A stretch of DNA of 64,000 bases, taken from NCBI GenBank assembly GCA_029858285.1, contig JAOUFN010000012.1:3470-67469 (forward strand), written 5' to 3'. Position numbers and translations under genes: made by a program. Below the pieces are notes generated by a model. The model was not told the origin of the DNA. It did no database searches and worked only from the letters and a program-made list of their open reading frames with translations. This document shows, one piece after another, positions 63,805-64,000 of this stretch (position 1 is the first letter of the stretch; every line of letters begins with the position of its first letter). This DNA is from Nitrospirota bacterium (GTDB lineage Bacteria > Nitrospirota > JACRHL01).

Positions 63805-64000
63805 GTTCCCCGACTCCACATGAGAGTTACCGTTGTAAACGATGGTGGATGGGGACAACCGTCCGTTTTGCAAAAAACGTTGTCCCGGCCCCTCCATCTC
63901 GGTGGGTGGGTCGCCCCTTTACGCCGGTCGGCACACCGCCCGGCACCCACTGTCTTGGATGGCCCCGGTTTCCCGGAGGCCGGATTCGCTGCAGGCTCTC
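63805..64000 (-). promoter_or_regulatory. L10 (rplJ) leader region, expected site of L10-L12 autoregulation; 3' part truncated by window edge
   Basis: Called from its position upstream of rplJ only. The structure was not verified. Confidence 0.3.

Overview
This is a 64-kb window of a high-GC (about 68%) Gram-negative bacterial chromosome. Coding density is high and most genes are housekeeping. Gene calls rest on reading the six-frame translations against protein families I recognise; in a genome this GC-rich almost every real gene has a long antisense shadow ORF, which I discarded. Where a start is not the first codon of the listed ORF, I placed it at an in-frame ATG/GTG/TTG with a plausible Shine-Dalgarno (SD) motif.

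Genes, left to right:
- an AsmA-like partial ORF and a SAM methyltransferase;
- argE, then an argA whose reading frame carries an in-frame N-terminal XRE-type HTH domain;
- a TauE/SafE exporter and an orphan TupA-like binding protein;
- a minus-strand operon yciB / M16 peptidase pair / secreted protein / glyoxalase / lipoprotein;
- a SAM methyltransferase / M42 peptidase / NHL-SMP30 trio;
- a zinc-dependent alcohol dehydrogenase, recN and trxA;
- a candidate 34-aa membrane peptide and a SurA-like isomerase;
- rng overlapping a large radical-SAM (TIGR03960-like + DUF2344-like) fusion;
- rodA-mrdA-mreD-mreC-mreB;
- a ferredoxin-NADP reductase-like oxidoreductase, trmL, an M23 peptidase;
- rarA-rny-ymdB-xseA, with RNase Y and RNase G both present;
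- a LysM lipoprotein, a Tas-like aldo-keto reductase and a small zinc-ribbon ORF;
- a roughly 400-bp low-GC island with an orphan ORF, then a GC-rich structured element;
- a pentapeptide-repeat protein with a G9 tract in its 5' UTR;
- korAB beside a nifJ-type pyruvate:ferredoxin oxidoreductase split into two genes, plus a 271-aa hypothetical;
- a PocR-GAF-GGDEF cyclase, a 12-bp x 11 minisatellite, and rpoC-rpoB-rplL-rplJ with the rplL-rpoB attenuator hairpin.

I found no transposase, integrase, CRISPR array, tRNA or rRNA. I can point to no single validated novel system. The most promising leads are:
- the HTH-ArgA fusion with an AT-rich palindrome upstream;
- the low-GC remnant that looks like the C-terminus of an E1/ThiF-like protein, next to a structured element;
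- the homopolymeric G9 tract that controls the spacer of the pentapeptide gene;
- the split PFOR with its 271-aa partner;
- the minisatellite.
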